DNA of 46,017 bases from Candidatus Nealsonbacteria bacterium (lineage in GTDB: Bacteria > Patescibacteriota > Minisyncoccia > Minisyncoccales > PWPS01): assembly GCA_003554445.1 (NCBI GenBank), contig PWGJ01000086.1:1-46017 (forward strand), read 5' to 3'. The translations under genes were made by a program, and so were the position numbers. Positions 1 to 8,944 of this stretch are shown here, in pieces; the first letter of the stretch is position 1; each line of letters begins with the position of its first letter. Under the pieces are notes generated by a model, which did no database searches, was not told the DNA's origin, and saw only the letters and a list, made by a program, of their open reading frames with translations.

Positions 1-1206
1 CCTGATCCAGGAAGGCTCATCTTGAAAATTTACAATCAACTTTAAGAATGCGGAGATATCTTTAACATGGGCTTGCTCAAAAAACCGCGTGCCGCCACGT
101 ACGATATAAGGGATGCCTTCTTTGGCGAGTTCCAATTCCAAGCCGGCTGCATGATAATGAGCTCTGAAAAGAACTGCGGTTTCCGAAGGATCAATCTCTT
201 CTTTTAATTTTTGAACTATAAAGCGTGACTGCTCTCTTGGAGAAGTAAGACATGCAATTACCGGATTATTTCCTTCACCCTTAACCGCCCGAAGATTCTT
301 ATCCAATTTCCCGCTATTATTTCGGATAATACAATTTGCCAGGCGTAAAATTTCCGGAGTACTTCTGTAATTTGTTTCCAACTTAAAAATGCTTGATGAA
401 TACTTTTCGGAAAAATTTAAAATGTTTTTAATTTCTGCAGCTCTAAAAGAGTAAATACTCTGCGAATCATCCCCCACAACCATTAGATTTTCATGATAAG
501 AGCTAACTTCTTCTAAAATTTCATCCTGTATAACATTCGTATCTTGATATTCGTCAACTAAAACATATTCAAATCTTTCGGATATTTTTTTCATTTCCGG
601 CAATCTCATTATTTTCAACCAATTGACAAGTAAATCGTCATAATCCATCAAGTTTCTTTTTTTCTTTCTGGATTGATATTTCTCTTTTACTCTTTTTAAT
701 TTTTCAATTTCAGAGTTTGAGCTGACCTCATCCGCTACATCCAAAATTGACTTTTTCGAATTGGTGCTTAGAGATATTTTCATTTGCAGCCACTTGGCAC
801 CGGGAAGCTCTCCTTCGGAGTCAACCTCTTCCTTTATGACTTTAATTAAGTTTTTACTATCCTCCTGATCGAGTATCGTATAGTTTCTTTCATAACCGAG
901 CTTGTCGGCATATTTTCGAAGATAATAATTGCCGACATGATGAAAAGTTCCTCCTAAAACTTGATTAGCTTTACTTCCGACCAGATTTTCAATTCTGGCA
1001 AGCATCTCTTTTGCAGCTTTTTTAGTAAAGGTAAGAAGTAATATTCTTTTTGGATCAACTCCCCTCTCCAAAAGATAAGCCACTCTGAAAGTTAGTGTTC
1101 TTGTTTTTCCGGACCCCGGTCCACTTAAAACCAATGTATAACCGTCCCCTTCTTTTACGGCTTTTAACTGTTCTTTGTTTAATAATTTTTCGTAATTAAT
1201 CTGCAT
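1..1206 (-). CDS. UvrD/PcrA-family ATP-dependent DNA helicase (3' end runs off the window)
   Basis: Absent from the ORF track. Hand translation from ATG 1206 gives MQINYEKLLNKEQLKAV...LSGPGSGKT (Walker A), LLLTFTKKAA, GGTFHH, VLVDEYQDTN (Walker B), VVGDDSQSIYSFRAA and LETNYRST. Confidence 0.93.
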   Translation of the reverse strand, partial: MQINYEKLLNKEQLKAVKEGDGYTLVLSGPGSGKTRTLTFRVAYLLERGVDPKRILLLTFTKKAAKEMLARIENLVGSKANQVLGGTFHHVGNYYLRKYADKLGYERNYTILDQEDSKNLIKVIKEEVDSEGELPGAKWLQMKISLSTNSKKSILDVADEVSSNSEIEKLKRVKEKYQSRKKKRNLMDYDDLLVNWLKIMRLPEMKKISERFEYVLVDEYQDTNVIQDEILEEVSSYHENLMVVGDDSQSIYSFRAAEIKNILNFSEKYSSSIFKLETNYRSTPEILRLANCIIRNNSGKLDKNLRAVKGEGNNPVIACLTSPREQSRFIVQKLKEEIDPSETAVLFRAHYHAAGLELELAKEGIPYIVRGGTRFFEQAHVKDISAFLKLIVNFQDEPSWIR

Positions 1207-1750
1207 ACTTTTCAATCTCCTTAAATGTATCTTTTAATTTTTTAATCAGCTCTTCGTCGGTAAGTCTTAAGGAGAGAATTTTTACAACTCTTTCAAGTTG
1301 TCTAATTTTTTGATTTTTGCCCGTATGGAAAATTTCAAAAGACTCTTCTCCTCTTCGTTCCAGATCATTGGAAAGATCCGTCATATTGGATAAAACATCG
1401 GCAGCCTTAATTAATATGGCTCGGTCACTTACGGTATATAATTTAGCTGTCGCCCTCTCTTTTCTTTCTCCATAAGGCAAGTCACGATCGGACTCGGACA
1501 CTTCATCAACCATCTCCGCAACCTCTTTGCCGAAATTATCCATTATCTCTTTTTTTGTAAACTCAGTATCTTCTATGACATCATGAAGAATCCCGGCTAT
1601 GATCAGATCTTCATCCGCTTGCAATTTTGCCAATATTAAACCCACAATCATGGGATGAGATACGTAAGATATTTTCGCACCTTTTCTTTTTTGATTTTTA
1701 TGAGCTTTAAAGGAAAATTCAACTGCTTTTTGTTCTTTTTTAGTCCACAT
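1196..1750 (-). CDS. HD-domain protein, RelA/SpoT hydrolase-like (small alarmone hydrolase / Mesh1-like)
   Basis: Motifs AHKNQKRKG, YVSHP, AGILHDVIEDT and IKAADVLSN; no synthetase domain. Confidence 0.85.
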   Translation of the reverse strand: MWTKKEQKAVEFSFKAHKNQKRKGAKISYVSHPMIVGLILAKLQADEDLIIAGILHDVIEDTEFTKKEIMDNFGKEVAEMVDEVSESDRDLPYGERKERATAKLYTVSDRAILIKAADVLSNMTDLSNDLERRGEESFEIFHTGKNQKIRQLERVVKILSLRLTDEELIKKLKDTFKEIEKYAD

Positions 1751-1784
1751 TTAGTTACTGTTTATTATTCTTGATAATTATAAT

Positions 1785-2531
1785 TTAATCGACTTCTTCC
1801 GAAACTCTTTCTTTAATTACTTCTCTGGCCACTTCTCCTATTCTTCTTGTCAACCTGAAATAATTTACAGTTTGCAGGCTTTTTTCTTTTAGTTGAGATA
1901 CTTTTCCGTTGATTGGTTTTTCGTTTAATTTTCGACTTACTTCAGCGTGCAAATTCTTCAATACTAAAATTTTATCGGATATATAATTTTCTCCGAACTC
2001 GTTGACCATCAACCTAATCTTGTATGCCAGATCAAATGATTGAACCGTGTCCACTAAAAGAATTCCGTAAGTTACTCCCAGAACAAAAATAAAAAGACTT
2101 CCAACAACCAATTCTCGCATTAAATAATTAAAATAAGGAAAGATTGAATACTTGAAAAACAGACCCAAAATCAACCAGTAAAATAAAAAGGTCGGGCATA
2201 CAAAACCGTTTAGATTAAATCTCCTGTCGGAATAATCCCAAAGCCTTAATTTAAATATCTTTTTAAAAAAGATGCCGGTTAAATACTCTATTACTCCGAC
2301 AATTACTAAAAATATAATAAAAGAAGCTATTAATGAGAAATCACTCAAATAAGAGAAGGAAAAATAAGCTATAAGGCCACCGAATCCGTATATCGGAAGA
2401 TAAGGACCCCGCAAAAATCCCGGATTAGTGATCTTTTTGGACTGAACCGATCTATATAAAAGCTCTATAATCCAACCTGAAAGCGCAAAGAGAAAAAAAG
2501 AGATTAAAATATTTTCAAAACCGATTTCCAT
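1785..2531 (-). CDS. Putative ABC transporter permease-like membrane protein (DUF1113/CmpB-like)
   Basis: Motifs GWIIE, NPGFLRGPYLPIYGFG and LWDYSDRRFNLNGFVC, with multiple TM helices. ATG 2531 preferred over the longer ORF start at 2576. Confidence 0.75.
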   Translation of the reverse strand: MEIGFENILISFFLFALSGWIIELLYRSVQSKKITNPGFLRGPYLPIYGFGGLIAYFSFSYLSDFSLIASFIIFLVIVGVIEYLTGIFFKKIFKLRLWDYSDRRFNLNGFVCPTFLFYWLILGLFFKYSIFPYFNYLMRELVVGSLFIFVLGVTYGILLVDTVQSFDLAYKIRLMVNEFGENYISDKILVLKNLHAEVSRKLNEKPINGKVSQLKEKSLQTVNYFRLTRRIGEVAREVIKERVSEEVD

Positions 2532-2611
2532 AACACAAACAAAATAAAGTTCTATTAACGTAATTAACCATAACACAAAAAACCCGTCTAAAAAAACAGA
2601 TTTGAAAGCTG

Positions 2612-3385
2612 TTACTTATTTTTTGAGGGAGGCCAAGGTATAAATTTATTCACTCTTCGCTTATAATCTTGAAATCCTTCTTTTTGGGACATGCTTTTTT
2701 CAAGCAATGGAATTCCGGAAACCTTGAGTATTAAAAAAGTTATGGTTACCGGACTCAATAAAGCTAAAATCCAACCCGGAAACCCTATACTCAAAATCCA
2801 AATACCCCACCACTGAGCCACCTCTCCAAAATAATTCGGATGCCTACTCCAAGCCCATAACCCCGACTGCATAATCCCCTCTTTTTGTGGGTCCTCGATA
2901 AATTTTTTTAATTGACAATCGGCAATTACCTCAAAATAAAATCCCGTAATCCATATTACAATTCCCATCTTATTAATAAGAGTGAATGTTTCCGGATTTC
3001 GGTTTATTGCCAAAACGGGTAAAGATATAATATACAATAAAAACCCTTGTAAAAGATAAATTTGAAAAAAAGATCTGAGACGAAACCACTTCCATTCTTT
3101 TCTCCACTTCTTATATCTGTAATCCTCTTCTCTACCTTTGTTTCTTAAATAGACGTGACCGGAAAGCCTCAAACCCCAAAGAGTTACAAAGGCGGTTACC
3201 AGTCCGGACTCGATTGAAAATCCTACCGATTGATAGCCAAAATAGAATGAAGTTAATGCTAAAAGAACAAAACCCAACCCCCAGGCCACATCAGCTAAAT
3301 CATTCCTTTTTTTAATTAAGGAAACTACAAACCAAAGAGATAGATGGATAAATAAAAAAAGGGCTAGAATCAAATAATAATTCAT
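2612..3385 (-). CDS. DUF1295 / steroid 5-alpha-reductase-family membrane protein
   Basis: Motifs ADVAWGLGF, WGLRL, EDYRY, ADCQL, GLWAWSRHPNYFGE and SGIPLLE. Confidence 0.88.
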   Translation of the reverse strand: MNYYLILALFLFIHLSLWFVVSLIKKRNDLADVAWGLGFVLLALTSFYFGYQSVGFSIESGLVTAFVTLWGLRLSGHVYLRNKGREEDYRYKKWRKEWKWFRLRSFFQIYLLQGFLLYIISLPVLAINRNPETFTLINKMGIVIWITGFYFEVIADCQLKKFIEDPQKEGIMQSGLWAWSRHPNYFGEVAQWWGIWILSIGFPGWILALLSPVTITFLILKVSGIPLLEKSMSQKEGFQDYKRRVNKFIPWPPSKNK

Positions 3386-3777
3386 ATTATAAGCTCAATT
3401 ATTAAAAAATAAGTAATTACCGATACACTGCCACCGATAAATGAACCCCAAAAAAGATCTACTACGGTTACCGAAATGGACCAACCCTTAATAGTAGCCA
3501 AGTTGGTTAAATCATAAGTCGCATAGGCTATGAGGCCAAAAAGAGCACCTGAAAAAAAGCTCTCAATCCAACTGCTTGCCTCGATCGCCGGCTCGATCGA
3601 AAAGATGGTTAGTCCTAAAATAAAAAGGAGATAGAAAATAGCTGCCGCTATCCAATTGACACTTTCTCGCATCAAAAATCCAATCTTCTTTTGATAAAAA
3701 TCTTTAGCGATAACACCCAACCAAAGAGCATCCATGAAAAGGAATACAAATAAGGCTATAAAATAGATTTTAAACAT
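3382..3777 (-). CDS. DUF2177-family membrane protein
   Basis: Motifs DALWLG and GLIAYATYDLTNLATIKGW...VDLFWG; 4-nt ATGA overlap with the DUF1295 gene. Confidence 0.85.
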   Translation of the reverse strand: MFKIYFIALFVFLFMDALWLGVIAKDFYQKKIGFLMRESVNWIAAAIFYLLFILGLTIFSIEPAIEASSWIESFFSGALFGLIAYATYDLTNLATIKGWSISVTVVDLFWGSFIGGSVSVITYFLIIELII

Positions 3778-3820
3778 ATCTTTTAATTTATCTACTTAAT
3801 TATAGCAGACTGCAAAAAAC

Positions 3821-3847
3821 AAAAAAAGCGGCTTACCCGCCTTTTTT
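3821..3847 (-). terminator. Probable intrinsic terminator
   Basis: GCGG/CCGC stem flanked by A and T tracts, downstream of the 3868-4605 gene. Confidence 0.5.
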
Positions 3848-3867
3848 GTTTATTTTTTGTTTTTGGT

Positions 3868-4605
3868 TTACCTGATTGAGAGGTTTTCTCCATCACTATC
3901 TATAACCCACTCAAGACGATCATCACTTTCCGGATCTTCAGTCTCAAATTCCAGCTGATCACCGCTCCAATTCAATTGAGCGAATACCGGCATAAATTCC
4001 GTGGGATCCAAATCACTTTCAAGCTGAACAATTAAATCATCACCTTCCAACTCAAAAGCAATATCCACTGCACTTAAATCATCAACTCTTAAAAAATCAC
4101 CTCCCGCCCTTGCGGTTCCTAAAGTATAGGCGATCTTCGATGAATCATCATTCCACGCGTATTCTTCAACGGATCCTCTAGCCGGAGTTCTGATAAATTC
4201 CATCTCTTCGCTTTCCAGATCAACTAAAATCGGTAAAGAGGTGGTTGTTGCTACGGCGTAATCACTGACAGAAAAGATCAGTTGCCTATTATCCGGAGAT
4301 ATGCTTGCGGCTCTGTCAAAAAATCCGAAATTATCCGGCTCAATATCTCTCATCCCTACCTGAGGGGTTTCCTCAAATTGATCCCAGTTATCCGTAGTCC
4401 ACTGATTGAGTTCATCGATTGTCATTGAAAAAATCTCTTCTTCATCTTGCAAAACTTTTATTTCTTGCGCTTCTTGATCTTCTTCAGCTATAAATTCAAT
4501 TTCTCTTTCCGGAATCTCCACATCCCCGTTTTCCGGCTCTTCCGGACCAAAAATAAAAAATCCTGCAGCTATAATAATAGCAATTAAAATAATTATTTTT
4601 TTCAT
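3868..4605 (-). CDS. Acidic membrane-anchored/secreted hypothetical protein, possibly partial beta-propeller (TolB-like repeats)
   Basis: N-terminal MKK plus hydrophobic helix; ISPDNRQLIFS and AWNDDSSKIAY repeats; D/E-rich. Confidence 0.7.
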   Translation of the reverse strand: MKKIIILIAIIIAAGFFIFGPEEPENGDVEIPEREIEFIAEEDQEAQEIKVLQDEEEIFSMTIDELNQWTTDNWDQFEETPQVGMRDIEPDNFGFFDRAASISPDNRQLIFSVSDYAVATTTSLPILVDLESEEMEFIRTPARGSVEEYAWNDDSSKIAYTLGTARAGGDFLRVDDLSAVDIAFELEGDDLIVQLESDLDPTEFMPVFAQLNWSGDQLEFETEDPESDDRLEWVIDSDGENLSIR

Positions 4606-4661
4606 AAATTGATAATTAATGCTAATAAGCGACCTACTTTAATGTTAGCAACATTAAATTT

Positions 4662-5207
4662 CTAGTCAACATGAAAAGTTTGTAAATTTTTAACTACCCT
4701 GGGATATAAAAATTTAAACCAGGGAGTGTATATCCCCGGGTTATCCTCCAAATCCTTCTCCAGTTTCGGTAAGGAGACCCATTTATAATCGGAAACTTCT
4801 TTTGGGTTGGGTTTAATTTCACCATTGTAAGTTCCGATAAAAAGATGGTCATATTCGTGCTCGATCAAGTTTCCAACTTTAAGATTATACTTGGCCTCTC
4901 CTATTTTCCCTATTTTGGTTTTAAAGCCCATCTCTTCCATTAATCTTTTTTCAGCCTGTATTTTTAAATTTTCATCTTCAGTCGGGTGACTGCAGCAAGT
5001 GTTTGACCAGAGTCCTCCACCATGATACTTATTGTCTGCCCTCTTTTGTAGAAGCATCTCCCCCTTATTATTTAAAATAAAAACGGAAAAGGCTCTATGT
5101 AAAATTGCCTCCTTGTGTGCAGCGAGCTTATCAACGTAACCCAGACTATGATCTTTCTCATTTACTTTTATTATCATATTCTTATTTTTATACTTGCCGG
5201 TACTCAT
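4662..5207 (-). CDS. idi: Isopentenyl-diphosphate delta-isomerase type 1 (Nudix fold)
   Basis: Motifs AHKEAILHRAFSVF, LLQKRA, WSNTCCSHP, EHEYDH, PNPKEV and YTPWF. Confidence 0.95.
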   Translation of the reverse strand: MSTGKYKNKNMIIKVNEKDHSLGYVDKLAAHKEAILHRAFSVFILNNKGEMLLQKRADNKYHGGGLWSNTCCSHPTEDENLKIQAEKRLMEEMGFKTKIGKIGEAKYNLKVGNLIEHEYDHLFIGTYNGEIKPNPKEVSDYKWVSLPKLEKDLEDNPGIYTPWFKFLYPRVVKNLQTFHVD

Positions 5208-5215
5208 AAAAAAAG

Positions 5216-6295
5216 TTATATATTGAATAATCGTTCTTCCATCTCGGAAAGTTCATCCAAAGATTTTTCCAGCTCCTCCATGTCGGTCGGATCTGATTTT
5301 GAAATTTCTTTAATCGATTTCTTTATCTTTTTAAGTGCTTCAGTTAAGACATATTTTGTATATTTGTAATCGATAAAATTACTCTCATTAAGACTTTCAA
5401 TTAAATGGCGATTGCAAAGCTGTCTATATGTCTTAGCACTAAGAACATTCATATACCAAAACAGATCAGCCGCCTCCTCCGTGAATATCCAAAAATCTCC
5501 CTCCTCTTTTGATTTTTCCGCAATCGAAATTAGATTCTCCAACCAGTCTCTTATTTCCAGGTAAAATGGAAATTCTTCGGGAGATGGTAAATCTTCTTCC
5601 ATTTCACTTTCTTCTTGAGCTATTTCAATCAAAAAATCACCCCTTTCAAATAGATCATCCCGATCTCCTATTTCATCCAATTTTCTACAAATGGGACAAT
5701 CGTCTTTCATGCAAGGAATTCGTCTCCATGTGCAATCCATCCAGCTGGGCATTCCTGCATTTTTCTCATAAGCAACATCTTTCTTGCCCGGATTAATTAT
5801 CTTTGATAAAAGCATTTCCAGACTTTTATACTTACAAGGAGGTATCTCCGATATTTCTTCATAATCTTCATAGTCTTGGTCATAGTGAAATTCCAAGAGC
5901 AACAAGATGTCATCAACAAAACCGGTAAACACCTTTTTCTCCTCTTTTGACAGTTCTTCCGATTCGATTAACAGTGATTCAATTAAAGTTTCTGAAAGCC
6001 GAATAACCGCTCGTCTTACATTTCCGGAATCATTCTGAATATTTTTAGTAATAAAATCAGTAAAGAGAGGAAAAAACTCTCTTCCTCTTTCTCTGGCTGC
6101 CAAGCGTAATCCATATATAAAAGCAATTTTATTTTTCTCCTTATCTATCATGTAATAATCTTCCAGTTCACTTATCATTCGCTTTGAGGCGATACGGTCT
6201 TGATTTTTAAAGACTTTTTTTAGATTCTTTTTGGCTCGATCCACCTCTTCAGCCTCTCCGGTTTTTAATTTTTGAATTAAATCTTCAAGCGACAT
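5216..6295 (-). CDS. Hypothetical protein with a Cys4 motif
   Basis: 359-aa ORF tightly packed between xseB and idi; contains CTWRRIPCMKDDCPIC. Confidence 0.75.
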   Translation of the reverse strand: MSLEDLIQKLKTGEAEEVDRAKKNLKKVFKNQDRIASKRMISELEDYYMIDKEKNKIAFIYGLRLAARERGREFFPLFTDFITKNIQNDSGNVRRAVIRLSETLIESLLIESEELSKEEKKVFTGFVDDILLLLEFHYDQDYEDYEEISEIPPCKYKSLEMLLSKIINPGKKDVAYEKNAGMPSWMDCTWRRIPCMKDDCPICRKLDEIGDRDDLFERGDFLIEIAQEESEMEEDLPSPEEFPFYLEIRDWLENLISIAEKSKEEGDFWIFTEEAADLFWYMNVLSAKTYRQLCNRHLIESLNESNFIDYKYTKYVLTEALKKIKKSIKEISKSDPTDMEELEKSLDELSEMEERLFNI

Positions 6296-6296
6296 A

Positions 6297-6503
6297 TTAA
6301 TCGTTTTCTGAATATTTTTCTTTTATTTCTTCAAACTTATTTTTAGATTTCTCCAATCTTTTTTTACATTTTTCAATAAGCTCCATTCCTCTTTCGTACT
6401 TTTCCAAAGCTTCTTCCAAGTCAATTTCCTCCTTTTGGAACCATTCATTTATTTCTTCTATTTCTTTGTAAGCTTTTGTAAAGTTAAAGTCTTTTTTAGT
6501 CAT
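6297..6503 (-). CDS. xseB: Exodeoxyribonuclease VII small subunit
   Basis: FTKAYKEIEEI...IDLEEALEKYERGMELIEKCKKRL, directly after xseA; start placed at ATG 6503. Confidence 0.92.
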   Translation of the reverse strand: MTKKDFNFTKAYKEIEEINEWFQKEEIDLEEALEKYERGMELIEKCKKRLEKSKNKFEEIKEKYSEND

Positions 6504-7866
6504 TTTTTTTAACGCGAGATTGAACCTCACCATCCTTAAAAGTTGTCTTAATTAAGTCATTATCCGTCAACTGATCAACCGATCTAACGATACCGCTTTC
6601 TTTCTTGGTTATCGAATAACCTTGCTTCAGTTTTAAATCCGGACTGGATAAAGAAAGCTTTTCTTTCTTTTCGGATAATTTGTTTTCAAGGCTTTTCTCC
6701 CAACGTCTTTTATTTTTTTGTAAATTTGTTTTTAATTTATCGACTTTATCGATGTTATTTTTTAATTTGGATTTTATCTTGTAATCCTGAGATTTAATCT
6801 CTTTCTCCAAAGAATAAAACTTGTCTATCTTGTTTTTTATTTTATCAGTTAAACTATTCAAGAGATAGTCCAGATCTTTTTCTTTTAACTTTAATTTTTG
6901 GATTAATTTACGGTCGAAGAAGTTAATATATTCATCAAATCTCCTTTCAGCTCGGTTTATCATTCTACGAGTAGCAATTGAGAGATTTTTTTCCGAATTG
7001 AGTATTCTTTTTTCTGCATCTTTCCATGATTGGGATAAAAACTTTCCGGCATCAGTAGGAGTCGATACTCGTTTGTCAGCAACCAGATCCAATAAAGTTA
7101 AATCATTTTCGTGACCGATTCCGGAAATAATCGGTATCTTGGATGAAAAAGCCGCCTTCACGACCTCTTCACTGTTAAATGCCTGTAGTGATTCCCAGCT
7201 TCCACCTCCCCTGGTTATCACTATCAATTCCAGATCGGGATGGTTTCTATTGAGTTTCTCTATTCCTTTAATTATATCCTTTATTGCCGAATCACCTTCG
7301 ACTCTACTCGAATAAGTTATGACTTTAAAACCGTAATCCTCAAGGTGAGTAATAAAATCTTTTTCCGCATCACTGCCTTTTGAGGTTATTAAGGCAATTT
7401 TTTGAGGGAAATCCGGGATCGGCTCTTTTTTTTCCGGATCAAAAAAGCCTTCTTTTTTTAATTTTTCTTTTAAGATTTCAAATTGCCTCTTAAGATCACC
7501 CTCCCCTACGAGACTTATTCTTGTTGTTTGAAAGCTGAATCTTCCTTTATTTTTTCTAACCTCGGGATATCCCGTCACTTTTACTTCCAGTCCCGGTTCC
7601 AAGTTCACTCCAAGCCTTTCAATTACATGAGAGATTCCAAAGCAACTAATTCTGGAGCCTTCCTCATCAATAAGATTGAATATGGCCCAACCATTTTTTT
7701 CATTTACATATATATCCTCACCAACCTCCCCTTTGACAACCACTTTCGAAATTTTAAGTGGTTCAAGAAGCCCGTTGACAAAATTAACGAACTCGGAAAC
7801 GGTAAAAACTTTTTCATCCAGAAAAGGTTTTAGTTTTTTTGCAAATTTTCTAGAATAATCGCTCAT
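6496..7866 (-). CDS. xseA: Exodeoxyribonuclease VII large subunit
   Basis: N-terminal OB fold (FTVSE, VKGEV), ITRGGGSWESL, ISGIGHENDLTLLDLVAD, STPT and LKQGYSI. Confidence 0.95.
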   Translation of the reverse strand: MSDYSRKFAKKLKPFLDEKVFTVSEFVNFVNGLLEPLKISKVVVKGEVGEDIYVNEKNGWAIFNLIDEEGSRISCFGISHVIERLGVNLEPGLEVKVTGYPEVRKNKGRFSFQTTRISLVGEGDLKRQFEILKEKLKKEGFFDPEKKEPIPDFPQKIALITSKGSDAEKDFITHLEDYGFKVITYSSRVEGDSAIKDIIKGIEKLNRNHPDLELIVITRGGGSWESLQAFNSEEVVKAAFSSKIPIISGIGHENDLTLLDLVADKRVSTPTDAGKFLSQSWKDAEKRILNSEKNLSIATRRMINRAERRFDEYINFFDRKLIQKLKLKEKDLDYLLNSLTDKIKNKIDKFYSLEKEIKSQDYKIKSKLKNNIDKVDKLKTNLQKNKRRWEKSLENKLSEKKEKLSLSSPDLKLKQGYSITKKESGIVRSVDQLTDNDLIKTTFKDGEVQSRVKKND

Positions 7867-8668
7867 TTTTATTGAAATAATTACACTTACCTTTACATTT
7901 TCTAATTCTCACATCTTTAAAGAAGTTTTCATACTTTCTTCTTACCCAATATGAAAGTCCGGACATATTTCCCGTCTCAGTGTAAAAAAGCCACGACATC
8001 AAATGAGCCATGGGGACACCACTTGCCTCTGAAGGTAGAGATTTCGGGCAAAATTTGCTCTCCTCCGCCTTTGGTGTTAAATAGCTATCTTCCTTACCGG
8101 AGGATTCACTGAAAAGTTCCTTGAATCCCCAATCCGTCGGTTTTAAGGCGTCGCGAATCTCCTTCTTAAGTCGTTCATCTACCGAATCTATTCTTTCAAG
8201 TAGTTTCTTGTAAAGTGTATGCAGATTTTTTACATCCTCTAAAGCTCTGTGCGCCTCATATGTAGTTCCGCAAAGCTTTTCGAGTAAATACTCTTGAGTG
8301 TGCTTGCTTTCCCTGGGATAAAGCATACAAGCCAGATCCAGGCTATCCAAATAAGTAGCCTCCAATCCGTTTTTTTCAAGAAAGGATCTGTCAAAATCCA
8401 TATTATGAGCAACTAACGGATCTCCATTTAAAAAATCATCCAATTGATTCATTACAGCATCTATCTTTGGTGCATCTTCCAGGTCAGAATCTTCAATTCC
8501 GGTAATGTTAATAATCTCCCTGGAAAGTTTTCTTTCCGGATTTACAAAACTGCAGTATTCATCCACTACTTGCAGATTTTTAACTTTTACGGCAGCGACC
8601 TCTATTATTTTATCGAATTTATAATCCGTTCCGGTTGTTTCTAAATCAATTATTACTATATCTTTCAT
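7850..8668 (-). CDS. DEDDh 3'-5' exonuclease (DnaQ/PolC-like) with C-terminal extension
   Basis: ExoI IDLETTG, ExoII VAHNMDFD and ExoIII HRALED; start placed at ATG 8668. Confidence 0.88.
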   Translation of the reverse strand: MKDIVIIDLETTGTDYKFDKIIEVAAVKVKNLQVVDEYCSFVNPERKLSREIINITGIEDSDLEDAPKIDAVMNQLDDFLNGDPLVAHNMDFDRSFLEKNGLEATYLDSLDLACMLYPRESKHTQEYLLEKLCGTTYEAHRALEDVKNLHTLYKKLLERIDSVDERLKKEIRDALKPTDWGFKELFSESSGKEDSYLTPKAEESKFCPKSLPSEASGVPMAHLMSWLFYTETGNMSGLSYWVRRKYENFFKDVRIRKCKGKCNYFNKNERLF

Positions 8669-8773
8669 ATTTTTAATTATTATTGCTTTCAATGACTATA
8701 ACACAAGATTAAACTTATGTTTATTCTTTCAAAAATTTTAATATTTGTTAGACTTGTTTAAGGAGGTGATCTT

Positions 8774-8929
8774 TTGAAGGTTGAACGGAGAAAAAATGCT
8801 GTTAAGGTGACTCCGGTCAAACCTTGCCCGAAATCGTTGAATGATAAAAAAAGAAACCAAAATCACCGACAAGAAGAATTCCGGCATTACCTACAAAAGC
8901 AGAAGGAGAACCTAAGTCGAGAGGGGTAA
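8774..8929 (+). CDS. Small basic hypothetical protein (51 aa, below the ORF-track cutoff)
   Basis: Extended -10 TGtTAGACT (8746-8754), SD AAGGAGGTGATC (8760-8771), TTG start, MKVERRKNAVKVTPVKPCPK...LSREG*, then a terminator hairpin. Confidence 0.6.
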   Translation: MKVERRKNAVKVTPVKPCPKSLNDKKRNQNHRQEEFRHYLQKQKENLSREG

Positions 8930-8944
8930 AACCCTCTCTTTTTT
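8919..8944 (+). terminator. Intrinsic terminator between the small ORF and convergent ddl
   Basis: GAGAGGG-GTAAAA-CCCTCTC followed by a T tract. Confidence 0.7.
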
